Shown here: piece by piece, positions 41,580-57,519 of the stretch
How positions within the stretch are numbered: the first letter of the stretch is position 1
How the letters are laid out: every line of letters starts with the position of its first letter
Assembly (NCBI RefSeq): GCF_009914755.1
Contig: NC_060940.1
Reading direction: 5' to 3' (one strand)
From: the human T2T-CHM13v2.0 reference genome, Homo sapiens
Length of the DNA: 64,000 nt
Notes under the pieces: model-generated
The model's input: only the letters and a program-made list of their open reading frames with translations
The model's database searches: none
What the model was told of the DNA's origin: nothing
Made by a program: the position numbers and the translations under genes

Positions 41580-42560
41580 TCAATAGCATGAATGTGAGCA
41601 TCCAGGCAGCAACTTTTGGTGCATAACACACCACACCAAAACTTGGGGGATTAAAATCACCCCTATTTCTTATTATGTCTCATGGTTCTGTGAGGTACAA
41701 AGGAGACCACTCATCTCTGCTGCACAACGTCTGAGTATTCTGCTGCCTTGACCCAATGGCCTAGGTTTGGATGGTTGGAACTACCTGTAGGGTAAATGCC
41801 CTGATAGCAATAACAAGCATACCCTGAGAATGACCTTGTATGGCAGACTCTATGAGGAACATCTGAGCTCTCCCGGCCACCCCCCACTCCTTCCCTATCC
41901 TCCTGCTGTCACATCCCATGGAACATGGGCCATACAGGGGACTAAGGTCCTGGGTTTTGGGTTGGATGAAGTGGCCAGGTAGAGGTCATTAAAGGGAGGG
42001 TATTAAGTGAAAATCCTATTATATATAAACTGTATGCTGTTTGCAATTGGTTGCAGTTTGGTATAACTACCCAGCCCACCACTGCTGGGCCATGCAGGGA
42101 TGTTGTCCTGCTCACTGCCGCTGGACTGTAAGTTAGGTGGTTCTCCTGTCTAGCCCACCACCACTGGACTCTCTCTCTCATAGGTAAGCCCCTAATAAAA
42201 CTCCATGTCTCTTTTTCTGGCTCACTTCTTCAGTTTCTTGAACCTGGTGCTGTCCTACTGAGGTTAATAGGGTTCAGCACAACGCTGCCCACCATCTCTC
42301 TCTACGCAGCCTCGGGCCTCTCTGTGTGCTTACACACGTGGTCTCCCCAGTATGACAGTCTCAGAGTTCAACAGCAAGTTTTCCAAAAAACCAAGGCAGA
42401 AGCTGCAAGACCCCTTACGATCTAGCCTTTTCAGTCCCAGAACATCATTCTACTGGTCAAGCAAGGCACTCGAGCCAGCTCAGATAGAAGCGGGAGGGAA
42501 CTGGACTCTACCTCTCAATGGAAGGAGTAGCAGAGAATTTGGAACTCTGTTTGGCAACTC
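41580..42560 (-). mobile_element. MLT1 (E/F-type) LTR interrupted by an ERVL LTR
   Basis: GCATAACACACCACACCAAAACTTGG...TCATGGTTCTGTG | CATTCTACTGGTCAAGCAA...CTCTACCTCTCAATGGAAGGAG. Confidence 0.65.
41786..42284 (+). mobile_element. LTR32-like ERVL solo LTR
   Basis: TGTAGGGTAAATG...AAGCATACCCTGAGAATGACC...TATATAAACTG...AATAAA; TSD CTACC/CTGCC; family name from recall. Confidence 0.65.
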
Positions 42561-43410
42561 AAAAGGGAGGACAGATATTAGGTGACACTGTTAAGTCACT
42601 GTCCTAACTCTTATACATACACATTATTTCAATCAGCTCTGCAAATTAGCCCGGTCATCCCATTTCAGTCAGAGATAGAGGTCACTTCTTACTAACTTGT
42701 CCAGATGGTGGCAGAGCAGGAATTGAGCCCAGGACTCTCTGCAAATTCTGTGCCATTCACCACTACCCTTCCAGGTTCTACCACATTTGACTCAAGTTCT
42801 AGTCATCACAGCTCCACTTGATTTCTTCCTCCTTCCTCCTATTTGGATCTTACATGCAATATAATATAGTTACGCGTCATCTTTTTTGGCATACAGGTCC
42901 ATCTCCCAACAGAGACCCCAGAATCACAAAGTAGGAGAGCTCTGGGTCCTTAGATAGAAAATCAAAGAGTATATATGGCCAATATCCTGCCTAGGAATAC
43001 ACAGATGTTTGCAGCAGAGAGCACTGGGCTGAGAGTGGAGTTGTTTCTGGTCCTACCCCTGGCATCGTTTTGTGTCTACAAAGCCACTGGGGGTAAAAAA
43101 TGTGTGGCAAAGCCAGTGATTACTGGTGATACTCCCTTCCTGTAGGTCTTGTCTAGAGCTGAACCTTGTCTAATGGAAGATAATTTGCTCTCTAATGAGA
43201 GTCCTTGAAGTACATTTCTTTCATTCGCTTTGAAATTTCTGTCAATTTTTTCATATAGTTCTACTCTAATAGAGCCTGAATCCCTTTTCAACTTATTACA
43301 GGAAATGATCCTAATGGGTAAATTAAGTCTGCCTCTCCCCCATGGTCTCTCCAACCAATATATTTTCCTCTTTTCCCCAAGGTTTACTTTTCACTCAAAG
43401 AGCTCATCAC

Positions 43411-43740
<330 letters not shown>

Positions 43741-44500
43741 GAGCTCATTGCTCCCAAATCCCTCCAAATCACTGGGCCATGTTAAAAGTTTCCAGAAGTC
43801 AGTCTGCCCTCAGGAAGGAGTAGTATCATCACCCCCTGATTATATGTCCAACAGCCTTGGAATTCACTAACTACAAACTGCTAATCATTGTAATTTCATG
43901 AAATTCTCCTTCTGGCTGTTTGAAAATAAAATACAGTTCTCTACTTGCTTGGAGGCTACAAAGCCTGCCAAAAGCAGTGACAGAAAAAAAATTATTTGAA
44001 AAAATGTGAAAATGCCTATCTCATCCACAATGCTACTTTGCATTCCATCAGAAATGAGCTAAGGGAAGCACACAGTCCTCTGTGCTTGTGGTAATAATGC
44101 AGGGACGGGTGAAGCCCAAAGTGACAGGGAGAAAAAGTCTCTAGCGGAAAAGTCCAGCTGCAGAGAGAAAGATCAGCGCCTCAAATTCTACCTGCTGGCT
44201 GGTTAGCAGTACGATCCATCACATGGCCCAGGAAGTTAAAAAGAAAAAAAAAAATCACAGAAATGTTGATCCTTCTATGTTTTTAAGCACCCAACCAGTT
44301 TGTCCCAAACTAAATATGTTTGTCTTCTGCTCCCATTAGTCCTTAAAATAGTTAATGGTATGTCTGTAAAACAAATAGGCATAGAGTACCCGCCTCCCCT
44401 GGATAGAAATGCCTCACTGAGCCTTTCTACAACCCACTTCTCACAATTCCAGTCACCTAAACTGTCCTTCATCCCTCCCTGATTTTGGAAGTCTTCACAA

Positions 44501-44830
44501 TTTTTTTTTTTTTTTTTTTTGAGATGGGGGTCTCACGCTGTCGCCCAGGTGGAGTGCAGTTTTGCTTTCTTGTTAGTCTGGAGTGATCGGAGCTTACTGC
44601 AGCTTTGACCTGTGCTCAAGTGATCATCCCACTTCAACATCCAAAGTAACTGTCATTACAGATATGTACCACTGCACTTGGCTAATTTTTAATTTTTTTT
44701 TTTTTTTTCCAGAGAGAGGATCTCCCTAGGTTGCCCAGGCTGGTCTCAAACTCCTGTAAGCTTCAAGTGATCCTCCCACCTCCACCTCCCAAAGTAATGG
44801 GATTACAGGCCTGAACCACGGCACCCGGCC
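44501..44830 (-). mobile_element. AluJ with ~19-bp non-Alu insert
   Basis: GGAGTGCAGT-TTTGCTTTCTTGTTAGTCT-GGAGTGATC...; otherwise an AluJ body. Confidence 0.85.
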
Positions 44831-46459
44831 TTCACTTCTGATTAAAGGTACCACTACTCCTTAAGATCAAACCAGAGTTTTATTTGCCAGTAAAACACAT
44901 CTCAATCCTCCAAATCTAAAGGCCAGTCTTATGTATCTTTTCATCATTTTCAGAAAAGATGGGCATCTCTTGACCATCTCCATTGACTCCAAACTTAATG
45001 CTATTTTCTGCCACCTTTGTGTTCTGCTTCAGGTCATGGGACAAGCTTGTTCAAATCTCTATTCCGTGTTGAAAGCCCAACTCAGATGCTCTTCCTCACT
45101 AAAACCTTCCCTGAAACTCCCCCAGGCTCCTCACCTGCCAGCCACATGGATCTCAAGACTTCAGGCTCTGTAGCCAGTTGATGGTAAAATTTGAAGTTGG
45201 GGTTAGGGGATGAGAAAAGGGAACCCCAGCCTGCTTTTCTGGAACCCTGTGTGCACAGTGAGAAGCACCAGCTATCTGTGTAGTGGAACCTCATCTTCCA
45301 GGTGCAGTATAGTTCCCAGTGCATCCATCTCCCCAGTTCCTTTGAGGAAAACGGGAATTGGAGATGGTGTGTTTGAAGAGACTTAAGAGTCTCTTAGAAT
45401 TTGAACATGGGCCACAGTGTTCAAACTCCCCAATAAGAGGCTTCTATGTCAACACCCCTTACCACTCTAGGATTGTTTTCTAGGAAGGGCAATGAGAGCA
45501 TTCCTACAGATGCAAAGCCCTTCACCCCACCCCACCTCCCATGAGGCTTTTAACACAGCCCCCCAGCACTGAAATCTTCCCCCACCACCACCACCTCAGC
45601 TGCCTAAAAGAAATCTTAAAGTCAGGATTGACAATCACGTTCCAATTCAATTGATCAGAGGCACCTAGAGAAACCTGTTGGGGAAGATTCTGAAAGTGAG
45701 TCTGACCTTAGTGGTTAGACATTCAAACATTTTAATTAACAAATATTATATGCCAGCAACTGTCTCAAATGCAGGAAATGTATCCGTGAATGAGGGAGGG
45801 TGGTTTCTGCCCTGCAGAGCTCACATTCTGCTAGAAAAAGCACTGTGCTCCATTAGTAGTGTTTGTGATGGACTCAGGAAGGATTGGTGATAATGGTGTC
45901 TGTGCTACATTTCTGCCAACTCAGAACATACCTCTCATAAACCCCTAACCAGGGAAAAACTAGAAAAATCAATAAGTAGTTCATGGAAATGTGTTCCAGT
46001 AGCCAAACCAATTACGGAGTTTCCCACCTTCTCACTTCTTGCAGTTAGTCTCATTTTTGATCCTCTTACTGAGAAAAATATCCGCAGATATTTTAGGATT
46101 GAAACTACATGCAAAATTCATTTTGTCATTTTGTATTCCTCCTTTAAAACTATCGGGCTTCTGACTTGCAGCATTTAAATAGGTAGGTTCAGCTTGAGGA
46201 CCTTTTTAAACTATATTCAAAATATATAATTTGCTTTCTTCATGAAGTGCATTACTTTTGCAGACATGACTTTGCTAGCTTGTAAAAATAAGCTATTAAA
46301 TTTAGCACATTTAAGAGCAGAACCCAGGGGATTCTAGACACGGGGAGTACATGAACAAAACCTTGATGTTGGGGAAGTAGAAGGTAAATTCAGGAGACAC
46401 TGATACGCCAATCTGGAGGCCAGAGAACAGCTCCCAAGGCGTGTGCTAGGCTGAGGTGC

Positions 46460-46875
46460 TGTATTAGTCTGTTTTCTGATTGCTATAAAGAAATACCGGA
46501 GACTGGGTATTTATCATAAAGAAAAGAGGCTTAATTGGCTCACAGTTCTGCAGGCTGTACAGGAAGCATAGCGGCTTCTGCCTTTAGGGAGGCCTCAGAA
46601 AGCTTCCAATCATGGCAGAAGGCAAGGTGGAGCAAGGAGTCTCATGTGGCGGGAGCAGGAGGAAGAGACAGCAGAGGGAGGTGCCACACACTTCTAAACA
46701 ACCAGATCTCACGAGAACTCACTCACTATCACTACAGCAACACCGAGCAGATGGTGCTACACCATTCATGAGAATCCGCCCTCATGTTCCATCACCTCCC
46801 ACCGGCCCCACCTCCTACAATGGCGATTGCAATTCAACATGACATTTGGTAGGGATACAGATCCAAACCATATCA
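46460..46875 (-). mobile_element. MSTA solo LTR
   Basis: TGTATTAG...CAGGCTGTACAGGAAGCAT...CAGATCCAAACCATATCA; TSD GGTGC/GGTGG. Confidence 0.9.
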
Positions 46876-47202
46876 GGTGGGGAAGTTGGTTTTGAGTTCC
46901 AGGCTCAGACATCTGGGCTTTTTTTTTTTTTTTTTTTGTAAGAATTTTCTGTTGAACATAGGCATTTTCTGTCTAACAGTGCAGAAGGCTGATTTTGAGG
47001 TAGTGAGCCCTTTGGCTTTCAGAGGTGATCAAGCAGAGACCAATAACTGTCAGAAATGGTGCAAAATCAGATGGGAAGGTAAGCTAGTTCCGAGGTTATG
47101 ATGTAGGGCCCATACATCATATGGGCCTTGCATATCATGTATGTTTGTTTGTGGCTTGCAGGTGTGTTTTGCTTGGGCCACAGAGCTTTCCCTTTTTGGA
47201 AA

Positions 47203-47245
47203 GGAGAGGAGATGAGGAGAAGAGAGGAGAGGAGAGGAGAGGAAA
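47203..47245 (+). repeat. (GGAGA)n purine-rich repeat
   Basis: Direct read of the sequence. Confidence 0.8.
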
Positions 47246-48351
47246 AGGGAGACAATCAACAAAATTAGTGAGATGACACCAAAAAAAAGAAAAAAATATC
47301 CCGATTTCCTTGAAAAAGAGAGAGATGTAAAGACACCAGGCCAATTTCGTTTGACATCATTGGAAGAGAGGCAGGCACTGCTGAGTCACTATGTGTCCCT
47401 TTAAATGGGTCAGGTGTTCTAGTTTGCCAATTCCACTACATTCTCATCAAGCCCCTGTTGAGCCCCTGGAGGAATCTGCCTGTTTGACCCTGGAGCGAGA
47501 TGCCATGTGAACTGTTTTTCCTATATTTGATGAGGCAGGCAAACATGCCTTGAGCCCCATTCTGGCTTTCCATTATCCTGCTGGAAAGGGATTGGCAAGG
47601 TCTTGATGCAAGGCCTGGGTGGCCAGAATAGACCACCCAGGCTCCCTGTGTTTCCTGAACACTGGCAGGGAACAGGTCCCAGCTGATTTTATCACCATGG
47701 TCCTTCAGGAACTACAGTGTCTCCTCCAATATTTATTTCCACAGTAACATTCCCTTCTAGCACAAAGATGTCACCTCCCATCAAAAAGCCTGTTGAATCT
47801 TGAATTCTACCAAAACACCGATGAGGTGAGGCAGAATCCAAGAATCTCAGGGCAGAGGGGAGGAGGGGAGAGAGCACTGATATCTCTAACACCACAAAAT
47901 CAGAGGCTTGCGATACTGTGACTTCCCCCCGTGCTACTGCAGACACAGTAGAAGGTACCTCATTTGTATAATTATTTGAACTTTGCAGATAATGAATGGA
48001 ATGCACTTTGAAAATCTAATTTCCTTTCCGCTCTACTCTTCACGCTGTCACTTGAGCGGTGCTTCTCAGACACAGGTGTGATATATCATACACTCACTTC
48101 TAACCCTCCATCTCTTCTCTTCACCTGCAGCTTTATTAATGGCATGAGATACTATGTGGGTGAGGCACTATAGGGAGTTTGCAGATGAGCTTTTTATGTT
48201 TCAGAAGTCATGTATTTAACATGTAACATGTAAAAACTCACCAAGCACACGAAACTCATAATTCAGTTGAAATGTAAAGTTTCTTTAAAATACTATGTTT
48301 AAAAATTTCCTTCCTATGTACATTAAACAAAATAAAGAAAAAACAATTTTA

Positions 48352-48777
<426 letters not shown>

Positions 48778-48859
48778 TTAGAATGTCCTGGATTCCCATA
48801 ATAGGCTTACCCACTATCAGCTGTCCAGTCCCATCTGATGCTGCTCATCACCATGTACC

Positions 48860-49210
48860 TTTAAGATGACTCGGCTTTCTGGAGACCTGCATACTTCTTT
48901 TTGCCTCAGGGCCTTTGCACAGACTATTTCATTATGGCTGAAGTCCCTTCACTCCCCTTTTCCACCTGGTGAACCAATGCTCAGACTTGTCAACCCAGCC
49001 TCTATCTCACTTCCCTTGAGAAATCTCTTCAGTCTCAACAGGCAGCATTAACTCCTGACTTTGTGGCCCCATCATTTTTTAGTACACATTATATTCAAAC
49101 CTATAATCCACTGACATTATTTACTTGTGTCTCTGACTTTACAACTAGGCTGAGACTCGATAGGTCAAAAGCTGCCCTACACGGAAGCACTTAATAAATG
49201 CTTACTGACT
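48860..49210 (+). mobile_element. L2 3' end
   Basis: GCCTCAGGGCCTTTGCACA...GCACTTAATAAATGCTTACTGA. Confidence 0.7.
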
Positions 49211-49530
49211 GGGCAGTTTTTCCAGTGAATTTCAAAGCAAAAACACTTTATCATTTTATTCCCTTCCTCCACCAGCACCATGGTTTTAATTTGAAAGAAC
49301 CCTTCAAAGGAGGCTATGGGAAGCCATGTGATATTCCCTTAAGAATATGAAAGCCGAGGGTGATATTTTAACAAGCCTCCTTCTCTTACAGATATTAACA
49401 AGAATTGAGTACCCAAAAGCAGCTTAGTTTATACCTCACAGCACTATAGAAAAGGATCTAGCAGATGTCATCATCCCCCAAAGCTCCAGGAAGAGATATT
49501 ATCACGAGTTAGTAAAATTTCTTAAATACT

Positions 49531-49916
<386 letters not shown>

Positions 49917-51245
49917 TCAATCATCAGCCATACCCTGGGGCAGGGCACCCTGGGCTCCTACCTGAACAGGTGTGGCCATTCACAATTGTCCCACCCATCT
50001 CATCTCTGCTACCGCCCTCTGCACCTTCAGAGTCTTCACAGGTGGTCTTCAGGGCTCGGTCATCAGGTCCCTGGGGTCCTCTCCTCCTCTTCAATATGCC
50101 TCACGCTACTCCCCCACTGCTAGTGAGTTCTAGCACCTTCCCACCTGGGCGCTCCCTCTGCCTGCAGGTTTCTTCCCGAGCTCTTTTCAAGACTTATTGT
50201 TCAGCTCCTGGCTTACATATGACGTCCTCAGAGTCCTTTTCTGGCCATCCTATAGGAAACAAGCACCTCTTCCTTTCCTCATCACCACATTCTGCTTATT
50301 TTCTTTATCATTTTCATAAGTATCTATGTGGGGTCATTTTTAAGGCATTTGCTTCCTTTTAAAAAAAAATACAGACAATTCGGTCAAGATTCTGTGTTCT
50401 TTGTTCTCTGCTCTATTCCCGGAATCTAATTCAGTATCTGGAACACAGTAAGGACGTAATGTGCATTTGAAGAGAGGGAGGAGGAGAGAGAGAACATACT
50501 CATAATTTCCAAGAATCATTGCTTTCTGTCACCTACGTCCATTCATTTTATTAGAGCAGAAATGTGTTTTGGAAGTTGAGAATTAACAGAAAATATGTAA
50601 GATCAGCTGGGATAGAGGAGGAAGACAAGCTGTAGGGAAGCCTTTTTTATTTCCATGGGGCACTGGTACCAAAGTTGTTGAACTACACAGATGAAATAAT
50701 TTTGCTGGTGAACATGGTTGTGTTTGTAAATTGTTTTATCCAAGTGTCCATTACGCACCCCCCTCCCTCATCACTGCCTTACCTATGAGGAAGGAATGAA
50801 GAGGGTTAAATTGTATCTGCCTACACAGTTCACTGGCCCTTCAGGGCGCACCATTCAATGGTGTATGTGTCTTCGCTAACCATATTATACCGTTTTTAAA
50901 TGACCATCGCTCTGAGAGGAAGAAAGAATTCTTTACCAAAATGTCATAAATACATTCTGAGAACCATTGAAGAGCACTATAAAACTATCACTCCTAGACA
51001 GATCCTTAACTCTAATACATCTAATAAAGGCATGTTAAATCACTTTGTCTCGATAAAGTAATACTGATTTGGTTCCTCCCAGGCCCAAGTCGGAGGTAAA
51101 GTCAGTTAGGAGCCCTTCCCCGAGTCAGAGTCTGCTGCATGGCCTCCCTGACTCCTCCTCTCTTCTCCCCTATGACCGACCCTCTCCTTTTTCCTCCAGC
51201 TGCTTATTCCTATGCTATCCCATTTGCTGACTCCTCCTTTTCTTT

Positions 51246-51860
<615 letters not shown>

Positions 51861-51984
51861 CTAATTTTTAGTAGAGACGGGGTTTCACCACATTGGCCAG
51901 GCTGGTCTCAAACTCCTGACCTCAAGTGATCCTCTCGCCTCGGCCTCCCAAAGCACTGGGATTACAGGCTTGAGCCACTGTGTC
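51861..51984 (-). mobile_element. AluS left monomer fused to the AluY 5' end
   Basis: CTAATTTTTAGTAGAGACGGGG...GAGCCACTGTG with no intervening unique DNA. Confidence 0.85.
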
Positions 51985-52109
51985 TCTTATGATAGAGTCT
52001 AACAAACACAATAGGTAGAGGGGCAAAGTGTTAACAGATAGAATTTCTTCACAATTTTACAAAACTCAATTTGTGCAAATTGAAAATGGTCCACCATTCT
52101 GTGAAACCT

Positions 52110-52320
52110 CTTTGTTTTCAATGCTTTAAGTGTAGAATCACATTTGCTCCACACAGTAACCTCATGGGTTAAATACCAGTAACATCCCCATCTTACACAA
52201 AGGGAAACTGAGGCCTGAGGAGATAAGGAGATTTTCCCACAGTCACACAACTGGGAGCAGGTGAAGTGAGGACTCTGGCAGGTAAGATTCCAAAGCTGTT
52301 GCTCTTTCTTCTCATGAGGC
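52110..52320 (-). mobile_element. MIR SINE
   Basis: CCCCATCTTACACAAAGGGAAACTGAGGC...GTCACACAACTG. Confidence 0.75.
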
Positions 52321-53204
52321 AGTTTCAGTCTATTGTTTGGTTTCAGCCAAGGTCCAGTTCACTGAATATCTGAGAGAAAAGAGTGTGAGAACCACCAGGG
52401 AGATGAGCCTGTTGCATAGCAACCCTGTGCTTGAGCCTGGTGCAGGGAGATAGGCTCCTTAAGTTTTCAAAGCACTGCCACTAAAAATAGCCCAAGAGAT
52501 GACAGATAAATGTGAGGTCTCACCCAGGAAGAAAAAATCATCTTGCACAACTATCTTTACTGTGTTGTCCTTGGGGAAAACAAGATTATGGGATGCTGGA
52601 TGTCTGCAACTTTTCTCAGTAGACACATTACTACTTCATCCCACTTATAGGTGAGGATGGCACCATTCATATGGTCCCCATGAAATATCTACTTCTATAT
52701 TTTTTCCACTCCATTGCTGGAATTCAATTCAGATCGAAGAAAATGCTCTCTACTTGATTGCAAACATGGCCTTCAGCTTACCTGTATTTATCTCCCAGAA
52801 ATTAATCATCTTGGTTAGAATTACCTTATGTGCAAACATTTATAATGCCTACATTTGTCACTCCTGGAGAGACCATGCCAATTACAGTGGCACCATCTAT
52901 AAATCTCATGCCTTCCAAAGAATATTAGATATTTAATTAGATCTTGAAATCCCTCTTCACCTAGTACCTTAAGGGTCTCCAGGTTCTCTTCTGAAGCTGG
53001 TAATTAAAGGAAGAACTTATCCTTGAGTCCCCTGTACCTCTGTGAGAATCAGGAAGGGCCCAGAGTAATTAAAAGCCTGAATATCGGCTTAGCTTAAGCA
53101 AGCACAAAAGCCAACAAAAAGACACGTAAATACAGCCATTTGTCCACAAGGAACTTCCAAACTACTTGGCCATTTGTTTATTCAAATATTCTATAAATAT
53201 TTAT

Positions 53205-53695
53205 TAAGGTAGAATAATGGTCCCCCAAGATGTCCATCTCCTAATCCCCAGAACTTGTGCATGTTTAATTACATGGCAAAGGGTAATTCAGGTTGCAGAT
53301 GGCATTAAGAACACTAATCCGCTGGTTTTAAACTAGGAAGATTATCCTGGACTATCTAGGTGGGCCCATTGTAATCACAAGGCTCTCAAAAGTGGAGGTT
53401 GGAGGCAGAAGAGTCCGAGGGAAATGGGACTATGAAAGAAAGGCACAGAGAGATGGAGAAAGGAGACCACCAGCCAAGGAGCAAGAGCAGCCTCCAAAAT
53501 ACAAAAAGAGCAAGGGAACAGATTGCCCTGCCTAGAACATCCAGAGCCTCCAACCCTGCCAACACCTTGATTCTAGCCCAGTGAAGCCCCTTTTGGGCTT
53601 CTGACCTCCTGAACTGTTAAGATAAAAAAATTGGCATTCTTTTAAGCCACAAAGTTTGTGGCAATTTGTTGCAGCAGCAATGAGAAACTAGTATC
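53205..53695 (+). mobile_element. MLT1D LTR inserted in an L2
   Basis: AGAATAATGGTCCCCCAAGATGTCC...GATTATCCTGGA...TTTAAGCCACAAAGTTTGTGG. Confidence 0.85.
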
Positions 53696-54440
53696 AGCAC
53701 CTGCTTAGTGCTTAACGAACAGCTTCATGCTCAGTACTGGGAACACAACAGTGAAAAAGACAATCACTCTCCCTGCCCTCCTGCAGCTTACACTCTAGGG
53801 ATACAGATAAGAGAAGGAAACAAATAATCAGAGGCTGTAACACAGGCAATGAACATAAACAAAAGAGGGATCGACAGAGACTAACAGAACGTCATTTATT
53901 TCGGTGGGGAGAATGGCAGGTATCTCTACAAAGGTGACATCTCAGCCTAAAAGAAGAGAAGGGGTTTGGGGAAAAGAATTCTAGATGGAGGGGACTGCAT
54001 ATGCAAAGGCCCAGAGGTGGGAAAGAGCTTGGCAAATGCCAGGTACAGAGGGAAAACCAACGTAGTTGGAGTATGGCAGGCCACAAGTGGAAAAGCATGA
54101 GACGACATTGATGAGCAAGGAAAGAGCTGGTCATGCTGGGCCGCAAAGGCCTGGAGACCAGTTTGGATTATCCACTAAGAGTTCTGGGTGTGCAGGATTT
54201 TTAGTAAATACTGACACAATGCAATTCAAACTTAAGAAGATCTCTCATGCTGCTGTGTGAGGGGATGGATTGACATAGAGGGAAGCAGAAACATCCGTAA
54301 ACAGGCTTTTGCATTACTGCATATGGAGATGACGATGCCTTAGACTTGGCTGGTAGCAACAGAGATGGTCAGGTTCAAGACATTTTCAAAACAGAACTTA
54401 CAGCCTTGCTGACAGCCTGCATGTGAGAAGTGAAGGGTAA
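53696..54440 (-). mobile_element. L2 fragment
   Basis: CCCTGCCCTCCTGCAGCTTACACTCTAG...TGCAAAGGCCCAGAGGTGGGAAAGAGCTTGG. Confidence 0.8.
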
Positions 54441-54564
54441 GCATAGCATCTCTTTGTGGTTTATGTTGGTCTTCATTGCCACTGTCTTGCTTTTCTTAAG
54501 CAAGAGGGCAATAAGAGACAGAATTCTATCTTTATATTGTACACCAGTCAACTCTTGCATAAGT

Positions 54565-54790
54565 ATTCATTCATTCAACAAGTATTGTTGAGTAGAGACT
54601 AGAACCAGGCACTGTTTTAGCTACTGGGGGATATAGTAGTAAATTCAATATAAGCCCTCCACCTACAGTGTTTGTATTCTAGTGGGTTAGACAATGAACA
54701 AATGCATGTAAAATGTATAATGAAATTTCAGGTAGTCATAGTTTACGAAGAAAAATAAAGCAGGGAATTGCTACTTTACATAGGATAGAA
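54565..54790 (-). mobile_element. L2 3' end
   Basis: ATTCATTCATTCAACAAGTATTGTTGAG...CCAGGCACTGTT. Confidence 0.75.
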
Positions 54791-55919
54791 ATCCTAGCTA
54801 GTTCATGGAAACCATGAGTTCATTATCTAGCCTATTATCAATAAGAACTGCAAACAAGAGTTGTCACGAGCCCGAAAGTAGCTCCTTCCATCTTTTTCTA
54901 TCAAAAAGTGTTCCATGGAGAATCTTGAATTGGGTCATGGAGCTTTACTTTATGTTTAATAAGAGGTGAGGAGTAGAGAGAAGAGTAAGAATAAAGGGCT
55001 GGAGGTGAGAGAGAGGGAAATGATGAGAAAGACGCTGCCAGGCCTCAGTTAGCACCAACTTTTCCAACCTGCTTGTTGTGACTGGGTCATGGCACTGTTA
55101 CTCAGTGACTCTTCGGTGCTCATTTTCCTTTATTTCCGCAAGACAAAGGAAGAAGCTTGTAGCAAATCCAATTAGGCTAACAAATTTACAATCACACCTG
55201 GACTGCATGATTTGTATATAATATTTAATTTCAGAATTCACTTACAAGTAAACTTCCTTTTTATTCAGTTATTACTAAAATTGGTAAAACCAAAAAAACA
55301 CTGTTCTCCAAACTGGAGCCTTACCAGCCAAAAACCATAAAAATAATCAGGTAGGCAAAGTCTTTGACAGGTCTGTGTTAAAACTAGAAGACTAACAAAA
55401 TACTGAGCACATTCTAAACACAAAAACATAGTATACTTTTGGCTTTTTGGTGGGGCAGTGGCTCACAAAGCATTCACTTCAGGCCTTGCACATCATAGGT
55501 GTACATAATGACGTGATAAAATAGGTTGGTATAATTGAGCAATAAATTTGTAAAATAACTGTGTGACTGTGCAACTATTGTATATGAAATTGTTCTGTGT
55601 GTTATAGCAATGACTGGAGTATAGTCCTTGGAGTAAAAAATGCTTGTCTATTTGTAGAGCAGGAAAAAGACAAAATAATTAACAAATATTTATGAAGCAA
55701 CTTTAACTAAGGGTAGAACACTATGCTAGATGAGGAAAAGACAAGATATACATCCCAATAAAACTTTTGCTTCTTGAAGCGTTTTCATACTGAAGAGTGA
55801 GAGAAAAGCTAGAAGTAAAAAATGAAAATGATGATGATGATGATGATAAGGAGAAGAAAGAGGGGAAGGAGAATATCTGACATTTGTAAATATTCACCAT
55901 TCTTACTTTAGAATTCATC

Positions 55920-56125
55920 TAAATTGCTTGATATTTATTGCCACATTTAATCCATACAACACCCCTATGAGATAATCACTGTTTTATTCACATTTTACAG
56001 ATGAGGAAACTAAGGAACAGAGAGGTTAAGTAGCTTGCCCAAAGTCACACGGCCTACAAATGGTGGAGGTGGGATTCAAACCCATGAAGCCCATGCTGGA
56101 AAATCCTGTTCTATGCTGCCTCCCT
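55920..56125 (-). mobile_element. MIR SINE
   Basis: CATTTTACAGATGAGGAAACTAAGGAACAGAGAGGTTAAGTAGCTTGCCC. Confidence 0.85.
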
Positions 56126-57519
56126 GCCAATCAAGGAATGAGGGAGCACTTGGACCACAGAGAGAACATCAGTGAGAGTAAATTTCCTCCTTCTCCTCAT
56201 ATTCATACTAAATACCTGAAAAATGAGCAAGTAGTCACCTTACAAAGACTGCTACTCTGTGGCTGAAAGATAAAAAGGTAATTCTTTAGAAGTTATATTT
56301 AATATCATTGCCATCATCGTGTAGAGAGATAATAATTTTAATGACGTATTTCCAGCCTCCACTGGTAAAACAAGAACCAACTCCAATTCATCAAAAATGC
56401 AAATTTTAACTACCAAATTTCAAATAATTTTTGAAAAAAAACGGTCTGGAGAAGAGTTTATGATATAACATGTTTAGTGATAAAAGCAGGACAAAAAACT
56501 GTTCGTATTATAGAATACTCCAATTTTTCATAAGAAAAAAACCTTTTTAAGTATACAAGCTGCAATATGTTTCTTAAAGTTACAGAAAAATATAAATAAC
56601 GTAGTTACTTCTCTGTGATGGTATTTAGGATTATTTTAATTCTCTCTTTTAATTAGCCTCAGTTTTCTAAGTCTTCTAGAAAGATTTATAGTATTTCTTT
56701 AATTTGAAAAGTTTAATCTCAAAATCTACACACCTATGTATATACATCTACACATAAGCTATTGAAAATCAAATAGAAATTATATTAATGTTATTTATAG
56801 ATTTCTAAATTTATAGAAATCTGTATGACATATTGACTAAGAAATAGCAACAATATTTATTTTTGATTAAGCCCAATCTATAACTTTATTAATGAGATCA
56901 AAAGGCTATTTTCCTAGTTCCAGGAGAGTGTGAAATAGGCTTTTCTCCCTGAGATAAATGACCTTTACCTGGAATCAAAGACTCAAACATAAGGAGAAAA
57001 AGCATAAACATGCCTTAAAGATGTCTCATTTCTCTGGAAATCCAGTGTGGAAGCAAAGACAGAGATCCTTGCAAAAAGGGGAAATAAGAGCTATAATTTC
57101 TTACCCCTCTAGCTAGAGGTGGATACATGCTATGGGGAAGAGGGTTGAGTTTTGTGGCTATTGCGCCAACTTCCAAACACCTGCAAAAACAGAATCCTCT
57201 CTCCTCTGCTTGGAGGAGGGCAGGAACTTCTATTTTTGATCCAGCAGGCTTAACAGCCACAACTTGGACAGGTGCTTGTGCTATTTCTTCTGCCATTCCT
57301 AGAAAGTCCACTTTGGGGATCTCTTTCTGAGTAGCCTGGTTGTGTGCAGTTCAGACTCTTTCAGGAGTGGCCTAACAAGCAGGGATAAGGAAATCCAATC
57401 ACAGGGAAGATAAAGATATTGAGGGTTTGGCTTCCCAAGCACATCAGAAAAGGCCTAATATGCCACGACTGGAACACTGCAAGCAAAAATGACTTTTTAC
57501 TCATTTTAAGAGTCATAGG

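Noticed and set aside
42068-42172. Three CCAGCCCACCAC..CTGG-like repeats
   Set aside because: They lie inside the LTR32-like element and probably reflect family-level internal repeats.
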